NCBI RefSeq assembly: GCF_001949145.1
Contig: NW_019091401.1
Location: 434,001-496,000 of the forward strand
Source: Acanthaster planci
Taxonomy: Eukaryota
DNA: 62,000 nt
Direction: 5' to 3'
In this document: in pieces, positions 50,020-62,000 of the stretch
Numbering within the stretch: the first letter of the stretch is position 1
How the letters are laid out: every line of letters begins with the position of its first letter
The notes under the pieces: generated by a model
What the model saw: only the letters and a program-made list of their open reading frames with translations
Database searches by the model: none
What the model was told of the DNA's origin: nothing
Position numbers and translations under genes: made by a program

Positions 50020-50200
50020 TTAACATGCACATGTATTGGGGAATTTTGAGCCCTTGTAAAAATCTGATTGTGTGTTATCCACAAATCTAACCCGCAGACA
50101 CCGGTGTGAAAGTCCCCTGGGAATCTACAAAAACTGCTCTCCAGGGGAATTGTTTTGATTGCGACAACAGCCACCGACAACAGAGTATTCTTTCGAAATT
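50020..50200 (-). pseudogene. THAP-domain N-terminus (probable start of the Kolobok transposase)
   Basis: Frameshifted YSVVGGCCRNQNNSPG / SFCRFPGD / RCLRVRFVDNTQSDF. Confidence 0.55.
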
Positions 50201-52989
50201 CACAATTCACGATAGAAATTATTACACGTGCACAGTGCGATGCAAAATAAAATGAATGCAACATGTCTAGCTAGTTGTCCCATAGCTCTGCCCCCACGTT
50301 AAAAGAAGGGCTTAGGAAACAAGACCAAATCTGGTTGACTTGACACGTATAAGTTACATGTACGTACCCGACTACACGCCAGGGCAGAGAATATTATTCT
50401 TGTGTGGACCAATCAACTTTCTTGCCGGAACTATGCATCCTTGTCTGGAAAGTCGAGTCCGTCCAATGACATCACATTTTTGCCAAGATTTGTCTGCTGC
50501 CCTCATTGACCAATTTCGGTAAGTTTCTGCTAAGAGCCAAGGCAAAGACTGAAAAAAGCACACACTGAGAAAATGCCAATTTTTGCTTATTTAATGACAT
50601 AAAAGAGGGGTTAATCCAACTTATTGTATATAAGATGGTTGAAAACTATCATATAACGTCAATTTAACCCTACATGGCCCAACCCCTAAACATTTCCTGT
50701 ACACCATCCCTTTTAAACGTCATACTTTCAAAATCAAGTTCACAAAAGTGGTTTGAGGTTCATTGTAAATCCTGAAGATAAGATAGAAGTTGAAAAGGCT
50801 GGTGTCTATTCCCTTATTGTTTGGTGTCATTTTCCCTTTTACATTTAGGAAAGCCTGCAGAGTTGAGGGATGAAACCAATTCTGACTGGGCTCCCACACG
50901 GAAGATGGATCATGATGGCAAGGCAGTGGCTACTGCATCAGTGCAGCTCACTCAAAAGAGACATGAGAGAGCAGCGTGACGAGACGGTCAGAAGTCACAG
51001 ATATGTGCAGTGCAAGGACTTCTGAACCTACAAGACTAACTCCGGTAAGATCCAAATGAGTTGGCAGATCACGGTCCTGTAGAACAGACCACACAAACTG
51101 ACTGCATGACAACATAAATGGCAATGCAGACTGATATGTTTGCAGCTGATGTCACGGTTTTGGATGCGCAAGCTAGTATTACAATAATGCTGAACTTAAG
51201 AAGACAAGACTAGATGGAAAACTAAGTGAAGAAAGTTTTGTAAACGATGACAAAACAGTTTCATACGGGCCTGCCCACTTATGCAGTTTTAATGCTTGCA
51301 TTTCATTATGTTACAAGCAAGCTGCCCACTAGACGATGTGTCACCCAGTTTCAACAACTCCTAATCATTCTCATGAAACTCAGACAAACCATGCCTCACG
51401 AAGACCTAGCATACCGGTTCTTTGTTAGCGAGTCTACAATTTTACCTATTTTCAGTAGGATAGATGCTCAATATGGTTTATCAACTCGGATAGATAGGAA
51501 GGTTTTGAGGAAAACCATGCCTATGCAATTCTATCGGACATTTGGCAAAAGAGTTGCTGTAATTATTGATTGTTTTGAAGTGTTTTATAACTGGCCTACC
51601 AGCTTGGAAGCCAGGGCCCAAACCTGGTCCAATTATAACCACCACAGCACAATCAAGTTTTTAATTGGGATAACCCCTCAGGGTGTGATTTTGTTCTTGT
51701 CAGCAGCATGGGGTGGCAGAGGAACAGACAAAACCATAACACTAGAGTCTAATTTCTTAAGGAAACTTCTTCTGCAAGACATCATTTTTGCAGCCAGAGT
51801 TTTTGATATAAAGGACGATGCTGGTTACTATGGATGTGAGGCTGAGATACCCACATTTATGGAAGGGAAACCACATCTCTATGCTCTAGATGTGAAAAAA
51901 CCATGAGAGATAGCTCACTTATGTATTCATGTGGAGCAAATCATTGGTGGGATGACAAAAATGTAACATATTAAGTCACCCAGTGCCAGTAGTATTTACG
52001 GTGAATATTCAGACAATCCTGTTCCAAAAACAGATAAAATAGCCAGAATTTGCTGTGCTTTATTCAATATGAATGAGTCACTCATATTAGACGGCGACAT
52101 ACAAGTGAATCAAATTTTCACGTAATTTCATCACTGCAAGTAACCAATTCCTTTTCAACTGCCATTTTTCAAATTTACCCCTCTGAAGGAGTTATAAGGG
52201 CAATATGTTCTTTTCAATGAAGGCTTAAAGATGTTGGCTTAAAATTAATTGCCTGAAATGTAGCCCAATTTTGGCCTCACTTTCAAACAAGTCCTGTGCA
52301 AAACCCAATTTAACTTGATAACAGAGAACTAGGAAAAGTTGACAGTTATAAATGTGCCTGTTAATTAAACTTGTAGCCAAAGAATGTGCAACACAAACAT
52401 ACTGTATTTTGAATCAGAACATCAAAATGAGACTCTTTATTGCAGGTTTTGACAGATTGTGTAGATGTTTTGACCTAATGGACACACACATGTAGTTACA
52501 CTGCAATAAACCAAGACCCAAATCTTCCAGTCTCTTATTGTATTATTAAACTTTGACTTTAGCTCTGTAACATAGGCCTACATGTAGCACAGAATCAATC
52601 CACATGTACATGACTTACAGGCTGCAGATTTGTCACTTAGGAATACATGTAAATCAAGATTTGTGGATTCGAATGAAAGTCTGAATCATATAAACAAGTT
52701 TTTCTAAGTCTGAAATGTTTGTCCAGAATATGAAAACCCCCATCTGAAATTCTTAATACAAAATATATCATCTTTTTATTTAAATGTGAAATTTACATTT
52801 ATTCCCTTTTCAAGTTTTGAATGGAACATGTCAAAAGTTGACATTACTCAACCTTACTAGACAAACACGGGCCAACACACTGGTTGTATATAAAATGGAA
52901 TGCATGCACACTGGTCCAAGTACTGGTCAGGTGACTTGTTAGTATTCTTGAATGTCAATTTCCTGTGTACCATGATAAAAGAGAAAAAC

Positions 52990-55320
52990 TTGATCTAAGG
53001 TAAACAAGAAAGTCTGTGTTGAAGTAAGCACACACTTTGTTCAGACCTAAGTCCACCAGATTTCTACAGATGGAGAGTACTTCTTTTTCTTTGAAACATT
53101 CCTTTGAACTCAAGCATTTGAAATGAAACTGTTGGCATGTAGCATTGTCAAACAGAATCATCCGTCCTCTCTTGCCCTGGCAACAATAACACCACTTCTC
53201 AGAAGCATCATTAGTTTCCATGTGATGCTTGGTCAGATCCTGTGGTAGCTTGGTGAATATGTACTTGCCCCCAAGTGCTGGTAAGACTCCAATCTTGGTT
53301 GCTGCTAAAACAATGTTTGCTTAGAAAGCATCATCACCAAGAACATGTTCAATGTGAACATCCTCTTTGGTCCACAAGACAAAGTCACAGTATGGCCTCT
53401 CAGAGATGAAGATCTGTGTCTGAACCGGATAGTAGCACTGATGCTCTCTGGAGAGACAAAGTTTGGCACCCACTGGTTGAATGCAAAATGTTTTTTCCTC
53501 TGCAACCTCTTTAATGGACTTGTTCATTTTACAAAAGGGGCACTTTATTTCACAAACACCAATTTCTCTGCAGCATGAACACCATACAAGGCCATCCGGC
53601 AATGCACCAAAGTATGGATACTTTGGGTTTATAATTAGACCAGAGTTTTCCACATGAAACCCTACATGTTTTGTCTTCATGTAGTCTGCATACAGATTCT
53701 CGCATGCTCTTCATGCTCACATCCCCACTGAGTTGCTTCCGTGGTGAACTTGTACAGATCAGGGTAACACACAGATTTAAGAAGGCTTACTGCAGGATAA
53801 CCTGCATCTGTCCTGCACACACTTTTCATCTTTGATGCAGTAATTCTTCCTGCTCGGTATCTCCACCACAGGGTTGATTTAGCTTGTGTTTTTGTGTGGG
53901 CCTTGAAATTCCTTGCAGCCTCTGGAGTTACATCATATTTTATATTTTCAAATTTCTCCAACAGCTCTGTGTAAGCCAGATTAAATGTGTTGGCATCTTT
54001 AAAATCTGACAGTGTCACTGGAAATTCTTTCACAGTCTCTGCAGAAATAGAGCTATTTGCAAAAGAGTCCACTGCACTCAATACGGCAGACTTTCTACCA
54101 GTCAATTCAAGTCCTCATACAAGGTCACTAAGCTCCTGGTCTTCTGGTAACGATGATGCCGAGCTTGAAGCTGAGGATGTCTCCCAATTCTCACGTCCAA
54201 CATCCTTCAAATTATCCCCTGCACCATCAACAGTCGCATCCATTTTCCTTTTACGTTTGGCTGCTGAAGAGAATTCCACCTTACTTTATCCAGGGGCAGC
54301 TATAACATCCTTCTTGGACGGTGCCATCCAACAGGCCTTCACTTGCGTGACTCTTTTTCTCGTGAATATGAACTCCTGAATCTATCCCGAAAAGAAGTGT
54401 TATGGCATGTGCGCATACTTCAACGATTCCAGCTTTGCAGTCACAGTGGGTACAACGTATCTGGCCATCTGTAGCTATGACCAAGGGTGACAATGCCTTC
54501 TCTCTTATGGACTGTGAATGCATCACCTATAATAATTGGAAATGAATCAATCATTAAGTTCAAAGAAGGCTAAAAATTTCACATACTAACTTTGAAAAAT
54601 ACATTGGCCCTGGAGGTATTTACTCAAAAGAAACAGTATTTGTTTCATTTGTTATTAGCATCTCCTGTAACAGAATCTCCACACTGGCTATTTTTCTACC
54701 AAAGTAAGTCTTACCAGCACATTTCCATACACAGAGCTACTGGAAAAAAATTGGTACATGTGAATAAGTCAAATGTGAAGAGACCCAAGAGGCCCACATG
54801 AGAGTCATAGAACTTGGAGGCAGCAAGTGACAGCAAATCAAGGCTTACTAACGTTTGGCCTGACTGGGCTTGTATGTTTGATGACCTTTCAACATATTCA
54901 ACAATGACACAGTCCCATTAGTCAGTATACTGAGCCCTAACCTAGGCCTACTTAGACTGAAGTCTAAAAACTTACTCATCCAAACACCACTTGAAGATCT
55001 GGTTGTTTTGGTGAGGTACATACACTGGTGTTAAACAGCCAACCATTGGCAAACTGATTATACGCCTCCGAAGACTTGTACACGGTATATGGACTCAGTG
55101 TTGATATCAAATAGGACATTATGTCCATTGAATTGATCTGTGGAAGTCAATTGATGTCGCATAATTTATCACTGTTAGCGACCACATATGGGTCACTACC
55201 AACCATGGAGATCTTTCTTATATAACGGGCACATTCTTCTGGTGATAAATTGGTTACGTACTTTGACAACTCAATATTCGAAGCAGGAGCCGAATTTTGT
55301 GGAGCTTTGGTAGCAGCCAT
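52990..55320 (-). pseudogene. ISL2EU accessory gene: SWIM + YqaJ nuclease + PHD finger, spliced and decayed
   Basis: RYIRKISMVGSDPY, YKSSEAYNQFANGW, VMHSQS..HCDCKAGIVEVCAH (SWIM), TKTQAKSTLWWRYRAGRITAS, WGCEHE, SGLIINPKYPYFGALPDG..EIKCP..YYPVQTQ..CDFVLW, and WCYCCQ..FHFKCL (PHD). Confidence 0.93.
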
Positions 55321-57109
55321 GGCGAACATAAGTGCAGTATGCACATGAGTACATATGCATAAACTGGTATGCGTTTCCATGAAGCGCACTGAGTGGCTGA
55401 GAAGACATTCCGGAGCAACAGGCCCGTGACCCTGACGGCTGTGCAAGCGCCCTATATGTGTAAATATAGTGTACATGCAACGTTAGAATTCTAAAAATAC
55501 TTACATGCCAAAGTTTGACAATCTGGCAAGAAAGACTGGGATTTTGCCTTCTCATCTGTGGTAGTTAACAATGCGTCCAAGTGCCTGGCCTTCCCAAATT
55601 ACAAGGCCAAGCATCTCATGCACATGTCAGTAAATTTACATGAACATATAAGTACTTTAATACAGGTATGCTAAAGTGCGTCAAAACTAGCTTGGAAGAT
55701 TTTTATTCATGCTGGAGCCATGTGCCTGCCTTCCAGAGTTGACAATTGACCTGAGATGGAGTTGACTCGGAGCGAGTTTATTCCAGACCAAGTTGGCAAC
55801 TTCACACACAGATGAGTATATACAGTGTATGTACATTGCCATGTTTCGCCAGACCAATGTTTTTGAGCCACATGGAGTCTTGTTCCTCATCGGTTCCACT
55901 TCCAGACATGCCAGAGTTGGGCAAAGATCTGTAGTTAAGTCACTGAGGAAGTGTAAAGTAAACAATATCTTCTTTAATGAGAACTTTATCAATAATAAAC
56001 ACAGGATGCATGTACATGTATACAGGACAACTGAGTTGGGCTTGAAATTTTTAGTGATGTGTGAAAGATCACAGAAGCATAGTTTTGATGGGATATTTAT
56101 TTATTATTTCATCAATAAATAGCTACAAAAATAGGAGACCAAGTCTGTCAGGTGTCATTTTAAGTCTGTTTGTGCTGACAGGGTCTTGTGATAACATTTG
56201 ATTGAAACAACATGTGTGCTTTATGCGCACTTAATGCCTCGAGTCATACATCAAATGAAAGAGTATTTTAAGCTCTACAAGATGATGACATCATCGTTCC
56301 AAACCCGGTTGAGTCTCGTAAGATATTAGGCTTAGACGAGACTATGTCACACGACAGCAAACAAAGATGGCCGCACACAGTTGTTGGCGTAGTGTAAGTG
56401 GCTCTGATCGTACATTACATGTATTTTCATCACACTTTACACCCAAAACTGGAAACACACAGACATTATAAATGGTACTAACACAAATTTTGGTTCTTTT
56501 AAAACACAACTGCTTTTTAAAATGTACAATTTGATGCACAAAAAGGGCAGAAATCGTTGATTGAAAAACACTTTTACACACTTTCAGATATAAAATTTAG
56601 AAGCGCCGTTTCGCTGGACTCCCTAGTCTAAGTTGCTCAAACTATTATCAACTGATCTACATCATCCTGATGCAGTCGCGTCAGATACATGAAGGCCTAT
56701 CATTTTAAAAATTCAAGTATGCACAGCAAGCCAAAGTGAAGTTGGGCTAGCACTCAGAGAAATTGATTGTTGACCTTGTTGGGCTATATCATGGGATGGC
56801 CTAGTGTTACAGCTGCACGTGAGCACATCATCACACCCGACAACTTGCTTGGGAGGGATAAACAATTTGCAACTTGCAAGATGTGTGCAAACTCTAAGAG
56901 GGCATACTAAAGTTACTCATGTCATTTTCACAGAAATGGGCCATGTACATGGGGTTCATTACTTTTAGCACCCTGTTCCTATTATATGGGAACAAATTTT
57001 GCTTTTTTTAAATGACTTATCTAAACAAGTTGTTGGTGACGTCCTCTTTCATATCAGAAAGAAAAGAGAACAGGGCTTTTTGTTTTGAGGGAAATTTTTT
57101 GGTAAAGTG

Positions 57110-59110
57110 GCAGCGTACAGAATGCAGCAGAGGTTAAAGTACACAAACTTGTAAACAACGTTCAGAAAGATTATGTGAGGAGGCTTAAACTCAAAAACAA
57201 GCAGTTAAACAGAAAATCTGGACTTGCAAAAGGATGCAAATCATTCAAAAGGGTGAAAGCTAGAGAAATAAATTCATATAGCTGGAGTCAGCAGTTTAAA
57301 GTCAAATTAAGACTTAAGGATCATTGTTCGACAGTGTTGAAATTTCTGGGACTGCATGGTTATGAGGCTCATACTCTTCAAGTTAAACAAAATCACTCAA
57401 GAATTGGAAACTTTTGCTGTCATTGATAGTACGAAAAAGAATGAAGCATCAAATTCCTTCAAAATATCAGAGGAAACCCTCGAAAAGATTAATCTTGCAG
57501 TCCTTGTAAAGGATACATATAATGTTTCTGATGAAGCATTTAATGCACTTGCTAAAATTTCAAATTTACCCAGGTTGTGTTCTGTGAAAAAGCAGTGCAA
57601 AGAAATTGAAAGCAGTTTGTCTGTTGAAAAAATACAGCATCAGACAAACCTGATGTTCAAAGGAATCTCGAACAACTTCTTAAGTTTAAAATCAAAGATT
57701 TGGCAACCTGCAGAAAAAAATTGTCGGTGAGCATAGTCACATCCATGTAAAATTTACAGGAGATGGAACCTTTGTAGGGAAGCACATTCACTTTGTTAAT
57801 GTAACTGTTACTGTTACATGATGAGGATCCCTGTTTACCTCATAGTCACCATCCACTAGCCATACTCTGTGACTTGGAAAAATACAGTAGTTTGAAAGTT
57901 CAGCTCTCTGACATCCAAAAGACCATGAAACATTTCACCAAGTACATACTCAGTGGTGTTAAGTATTCTATAGTCTATTATCTCAGTGGTGATTACAAGT
58001 TCCTTTTGACAGTGTGTGGTCTCAGTAGTGCAAATTCTAAGTTCCCTTGCGTATACTGTAAAAAAGACAAAGGAACTTTCTATGATCCCTCTGTCAGATC
58101 GGAATCACGCACAACCACAGAAATTGCCTGTCTTGCAGAGAAAAACCAAGGGAACTAAGTACTATTGTGCAAATGTTCCATTGTTTGCCACAATACAGCT
58201 TGACAGAGTTGTCTTTGATGTTCTTCACATGTTCCTGAGGGTATCAGATGTGTTATTCAATACGGGTGATTCACAATACTGCGCCACCAAGAGTTTGCAA
58301 TGCGTTGGCCAATCACAACGCACGAAATTTGTTGACCCTTTCCAAATGCGCATTGGGTTGACAAATTTCGTATTTACTGATTGTCGAATTGCGTAGGTTA
58401 GATGCCATCCAGGGTCGAGCCATGAAACAGTTTGACAGAAACCAGTCAACACATTGTGCAAACTTAGAAAAATTCTTATCAGCTATAGGTATACGTGGAT
58501 TCTCCTTTTATGTTGGCAAAGAGAGTAAGGTACTCAAGTGGAGAGACCTCACAGGACCTGAAAAGGTTATTGTTTTCAAGAATTTGCACAAAATGAAAGA
58601 TTTGCTCCACAATATGCCGGACAGTGAAGTGCAGGCTATCATTAGTGTTTTGCAAGAATTCTATGAAATTTATGACGTGTTGCGATCATTTGATAATTTC
58701 TGCAATGAAGCAAAGGCTTGCCAGAAAACGGATGAACTAAGAGTTCATGTAAAAGGATGGCTGGAAATAGTTGTTGGCGTTTATCACCACAAGCATGTAA
58801 CACCATACATGCACCTTCTAGTGAACCATGCTGCTGACCTAATTGAAAGGCATGGTTTCCTGTCTGTATTTAGAGCACAGAGTCTAGAAAAACTGAATCA
58901 CCTCATGACTGTAGACTACTTGAAGAGCACAAACCATTGTCAAGGTATTTGGGCACTTGATCAGCTGGTGAGAAAACTTTATCAGCTGGTGAGAAAACAA
59001 AACAGACAACTGTGGCTAGCCAGAAATCAGATCAAACTGCAAAGAAAACATAATATCAAATGCTCTTGATGCCAAACAGTCGGGCACAATGCAAAGGCAA
59101 GTCATTTTAT
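57110..59110 (+). pseudogene. RAG1-core/Transib/Chapaev-like DDE transposase, frameshifted
   Basis: HVKFTGDG (D 57762), LSGDYKFLLTVCGLSSANSKFPCVYC (D 57991, CxxC), FDVLHMFLR, WRDLTGPEK, VTPYMHLLVNHAADLIERHGFLSVFRAQSLEKLNH (HxxxxH; E 58887), and C-terminal CS*CQTVGHN knuckle. Confidence 0.9.
58262..58373. mobile_element. ~112-bp insertion (truncated TA-target MITE) disrupting the transposase
   Basis: Removing it restores VLFNLLIVELRRLD. Begins TA-CGGGTGATTCACAA. Internal hairpin CGAAATTTGTTGACCC/GGGTTGACAAATTTCG. Confidence 0.75.
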
Positions 59111-60879
59111 GACATAACTTTCACAGGCCAAGTATATTAAGGGAGCATTTTGTCTTACTGTTTTTTCATGAATTAGATTTAGCATTTGAAATTACTAGCA
59201 CTTGATACTGGCTGTTCATTGCAGCACCATAATTAATACACATGTACTGGGTTACAATAAAATGTTACATTTTACATATAATTTTCCTATAGCGCAAGAA
59301 TTCCTTTGCAAGATAAGGAAGATATATAGAAGCTGCATTAATTTCTTCAGGGTGAAAAGGCAAGGATAAGTTTCCTGCATGTTTATTCAGAAAACTCTTA
59401 TAATTTCAAACAAAATGGCAAACTGGATAGAGCAACTGATTGGAGGAAATGAAATGTAATTGAATTTGATGTTGCAGTCCTGATGAAGCCTGCCAGAATG
59501 AATACATTTAAGCATTGCAATTCTCTTTAACTGAATACTGTTGGCAGCAGATGTTACTGTGTAATTTCAAGTTGAGTAGTTTTTAAAAGTTGTTTCCGAT
59601 AATTAATTGGATTTGAGAACAGCTGAGAATAAATCAACCATTGTTTCTGAGAAGGAAGAAAAGAACCTTTGTCCAGTCGAATAAATAAATTGATGGTGTG
59701 TGGATAAAAATGAAGTTAAAGTTAAACATTTGCCTCTCAACCCAAAACTCGCTAGTTTATCTAAACTTCGAAATTAGCAGTTTAGCAGGGCAGTTTTCAC
59801 TCACACATAATTTGTTTGGGAGAAATTATATAAAAATAGTTTTTGTTTTATGTTTTTGCGGATTGGGTCCTGCCCTCCCAAACTCCACATTTGTGACAAC
59901 CCCCTCCCTCCAAAATGGTTTGGTCCAGCTGGCGCGCGGCCCAAGTGGTTAGCAGAAGCAGTTAAACCATTTACTTTTACTGCATGTAGCGGGTGTGTTA
60001 GTTGAATGAAAACAATGTAACTGACATCCACTGTCTTCCTTGGGAAATGTAGCTAGTGGTTAACATGTGGCAAAGTTGGATTGGACCTCATGAAGAACGG
60101 TATGGGCGTAAACGCACAGCCCGTTGTTTGCAGTACTTGCACCGCGCCAGATGCACATGCCCATAACACGGCGGGTCACGTAATCTACATGAACTTAAAG
60201 ATTTCATCGCAGCGGGTGGACTTTTAAGAAGTATGACCATTAAACTTTCATTAAATAAATAAAAGGTTTTGTCCCTCACGGAATCTGGAGTGACCTTTGT
60301 TTGAAAATTTCCATTTATTTAACCAAGGGCATGCAAAGTGTGACCTCCGTATCAGTTGTGTGAAGCAACTGTGCACGTTGAGTGTGTTGGATGTGCCACG
60401 TACAATGTGAAATAAGACCGTACTGTTTGTAATGAATATTGTTAAAATTTACCTGAACTAGGCCTATCAGGATTGAGTAATGGTTCCTTCAGGTCAAAAT
60501 GTTAGTTTGAGAAAGTGGACTTTGTTTCCTTATCATAGGAACAGGGTGCTAATGGTAGTAATGTGTCCGAGAGAAATTTGCTCTTGCACTGGAAAATTGA
60601 ACATGTTCCATTGCTTTCTCTTCATAAGTTGTGTCAAGTTTGTACTTGTAGGTATGCCTAATGTTGATCCTAGTTGTGGTTCTACGATTAGTCTCAACAT
60701 GGTCTGTTCATACTACATGCATAGACTTTTTCATTTCTCAAGGACTAGGCCTGTGAGTACTTCCTACCTCCATGCCGTAAGGTATAGGCCTAAGTGTGGA
60801 ATAATTAAAAGCAAAATACATTGCAGTACTTACTCCATATCACGTAGGTGTGCCAGCGATTCCTCAGACCCCCGGAGAC

Positions 60880-61220
60880 TTATTTCTTACGTCTTCATGT
60901 TCAGATGATACACAGAGTCGCGAAAAAGCGGATTGAAGCGACCACCATGATGATTTCAGTATACCATCACTAAACGTGCACATGTACGTGTGCCACTGCA
61001 CCCACGTGTTATTTGCAGTGTCCGTCCGCGCGCGCCCTACATCCGTGTTCTGTAAATGGGTTTTCGCTGGGCGTATTTTGGTTCACAAATCCGCCGCCGC
61101 CAGAGGGCGTTACCACGACACAAACCGGATCGTAAGAAGGGCCGTTTTTCAATACTCAACTTCGGCTGCGTCTCAGGCTTCATTCCCCAAAACAATCCCC
61201 GATTGTGGGCCTGAAGCGTT
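60880..61220. promoter_or_regulatory. CpG-rich promoter-like island
   Basis: Dense CpG, CACGTG, GCGCGCGC and a CTCF-like CCGCCAGAGGGCG (~61097). Possible minus-strand donor GAC|GTAAG at about 60890. Confidence 0.35.
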
Positions 61221-62000
61221 TAAATTAATCTAGATTACTGTAATTTGTGGCCCTCTTGCATCCTATTTGATGTTTTGCGGCACCATTAGACTAATTACTA
61301 CGCTTATAGCTTCAAAGTCAGCTAGTAAAAGACAGTTAAAGCCTCAGACGGAGCCGCAGTTCAGTATTGGAAAACGGCCTAGGTCTAGCCACGGGCAAGT
61401 TTGATCAAGGACACACGCAAGTCGACGATGTTGGACTAGTCTGGTCAGCTAACGTGACCAGCCTAAGGAGGAGGTTGGTCGCATCGTTGGGTGCCCATGA
61501 TAAACAGTTTTTAATGGCACAGTAGAGAGAAACAGTTGTAAGAAAAATGCCCGAAAAACAGAATATCACTAGTAAACGTATGTATTTCGCCAACTTCAGT
61601 GCTTTGTTACGTTCCTCACTTAAAACAGAAATCAGATCAATCTGAAGTCTAACTAAACCACTATGTACATGTAGCAACCACTACAGTCATTTACATAATA
61701 CCCACACAGTACACCTGTGGGTACACAAATTTCACTAAGATGACACATTAATCAGAGATACGAGTACAGTGTGTTCAACTAAAAAAATTTACAAATTGAT
61801 CCCTAAATCAGAGATGTATGCACATGTACAGTTACCTCGACTTACGGTGAGGGTAGTTCGTTATTATTTGCATTTCCGAGCTTCAAAACACTAAAGAGCT
61901 TTAAAAGCTTTTGAGTTCAATTACATTTGGTCAAATTGTGACAAACACTTCAATTTGAAATACACGAAACTACTTTATTAATTTAACCATTCAAGAATTT

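Larger units (their letters stand above)
49159..50712. mobile_element. Internally deleted Kolobok-like transposon inserted in the ISL2EU transposase intron
   Basis: Ends TCAA|GGGGATGGGCCGTAC ... GTACACCATCCCTT|TTAA. Contains the 5' exon of a P2X7-C-terminus-like (KolX-type) gene on plus and a THAP start on minus. Confidence 0.7.
48571..52125 (+). pseudogene. THAP-domain DDE_Tnp_4 transposase, two exons (48571-48763 and 50849-52125)
   Basis: Exon 1 LSFFGIP..RKWLAHINRAD..YRVCSEHFITG. Exon 2 KPAELRDETNSDWAPT, then FHTGLP, LMKLR..DLAYRF, VIIDCFEVF..QTWSNY..IKFLIGITPQG..WGGR..IAHLCIHVEQIIG. Confidence 0.92.
48571..55453. mobile_element. ISL2EU-type (PHIS) DNA transposon, decayed copy 2 (different family from copy 1), left end missing
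   Basis: THAP-DDE transposase (+) convergent with a SWIM-YqaJ-PHD gene (-). Candidate right terminus GTGCAAGCGCCCT followed by AT. Confidence 0.87.
56957..60560 (+). mobile_element. CACTA-ended (CMC/Chapaev/Transib-like) DNA transposon with both TIRs, internally deleted near the 5' end
   Basis: Left CATTACTTTTAGCACCCTGTTCCTATTATATGGGAACAAA; right (reverse complement) TACTACCATTAGCACCCTGTTCCTATGATAAGGAAACAAA. Consensus with the 8820 copy is CACTACCTTTAGCACCCTGTTCCTAT. No clear TSD. Confidence 0.85.

Noticed and set aside
59110..60520. RAG2-like partner gene or RSS heptamer/nonamer (ProtoRAG)
   Set aside because: No kelch or PHD coding signal seen. The termini are CACTA-like, without a convincing heptamer-spacer-nonamer.
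61405..61677. 90-aa minus-strand ORF with a hydrophobic stretch
   Set aside because: No recognisable homology or supporting exon chain within the window.

Overview
Repeat-rich eukaryotic scaffold segment, probably from a marine invertebrate (echinoderm-like repeats), with three N-gaps. One host gene is intact: the last four coding exons and 3' UTR of an MCRIP/FAM195-family gene (2.1-5.3 kb, +). A second six-exon gene model (18.6-24.4 kb, +) is phase-coherent but disrupted and unidentified. The rest is nested, decayed mobile elements: two ISL2EU-type PHIS transposons (THAP-DDE transposase convergent with a SWIM-YqaJ nuclease gene), three Gypsy relics (one with a chromodomain, interrupted by a Penelope element with inverted pLTRs), an internally deleted Kolobok-like element with a P2X7-C-terminus-like exon, and a CACTA-ended element with a RAG1/Transib/Chapaev-like transposase. 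The most unusual item is a second, highly divergent RAG1/Transib-like DDE pseudogene (46.1-48.6 kb, -). It keeps the D-D-E frame, appears to lack the zinc ligands and seems fused to a C-terminal BRCT domain. All family assignments are by-eye motif recognition; no searches were run.
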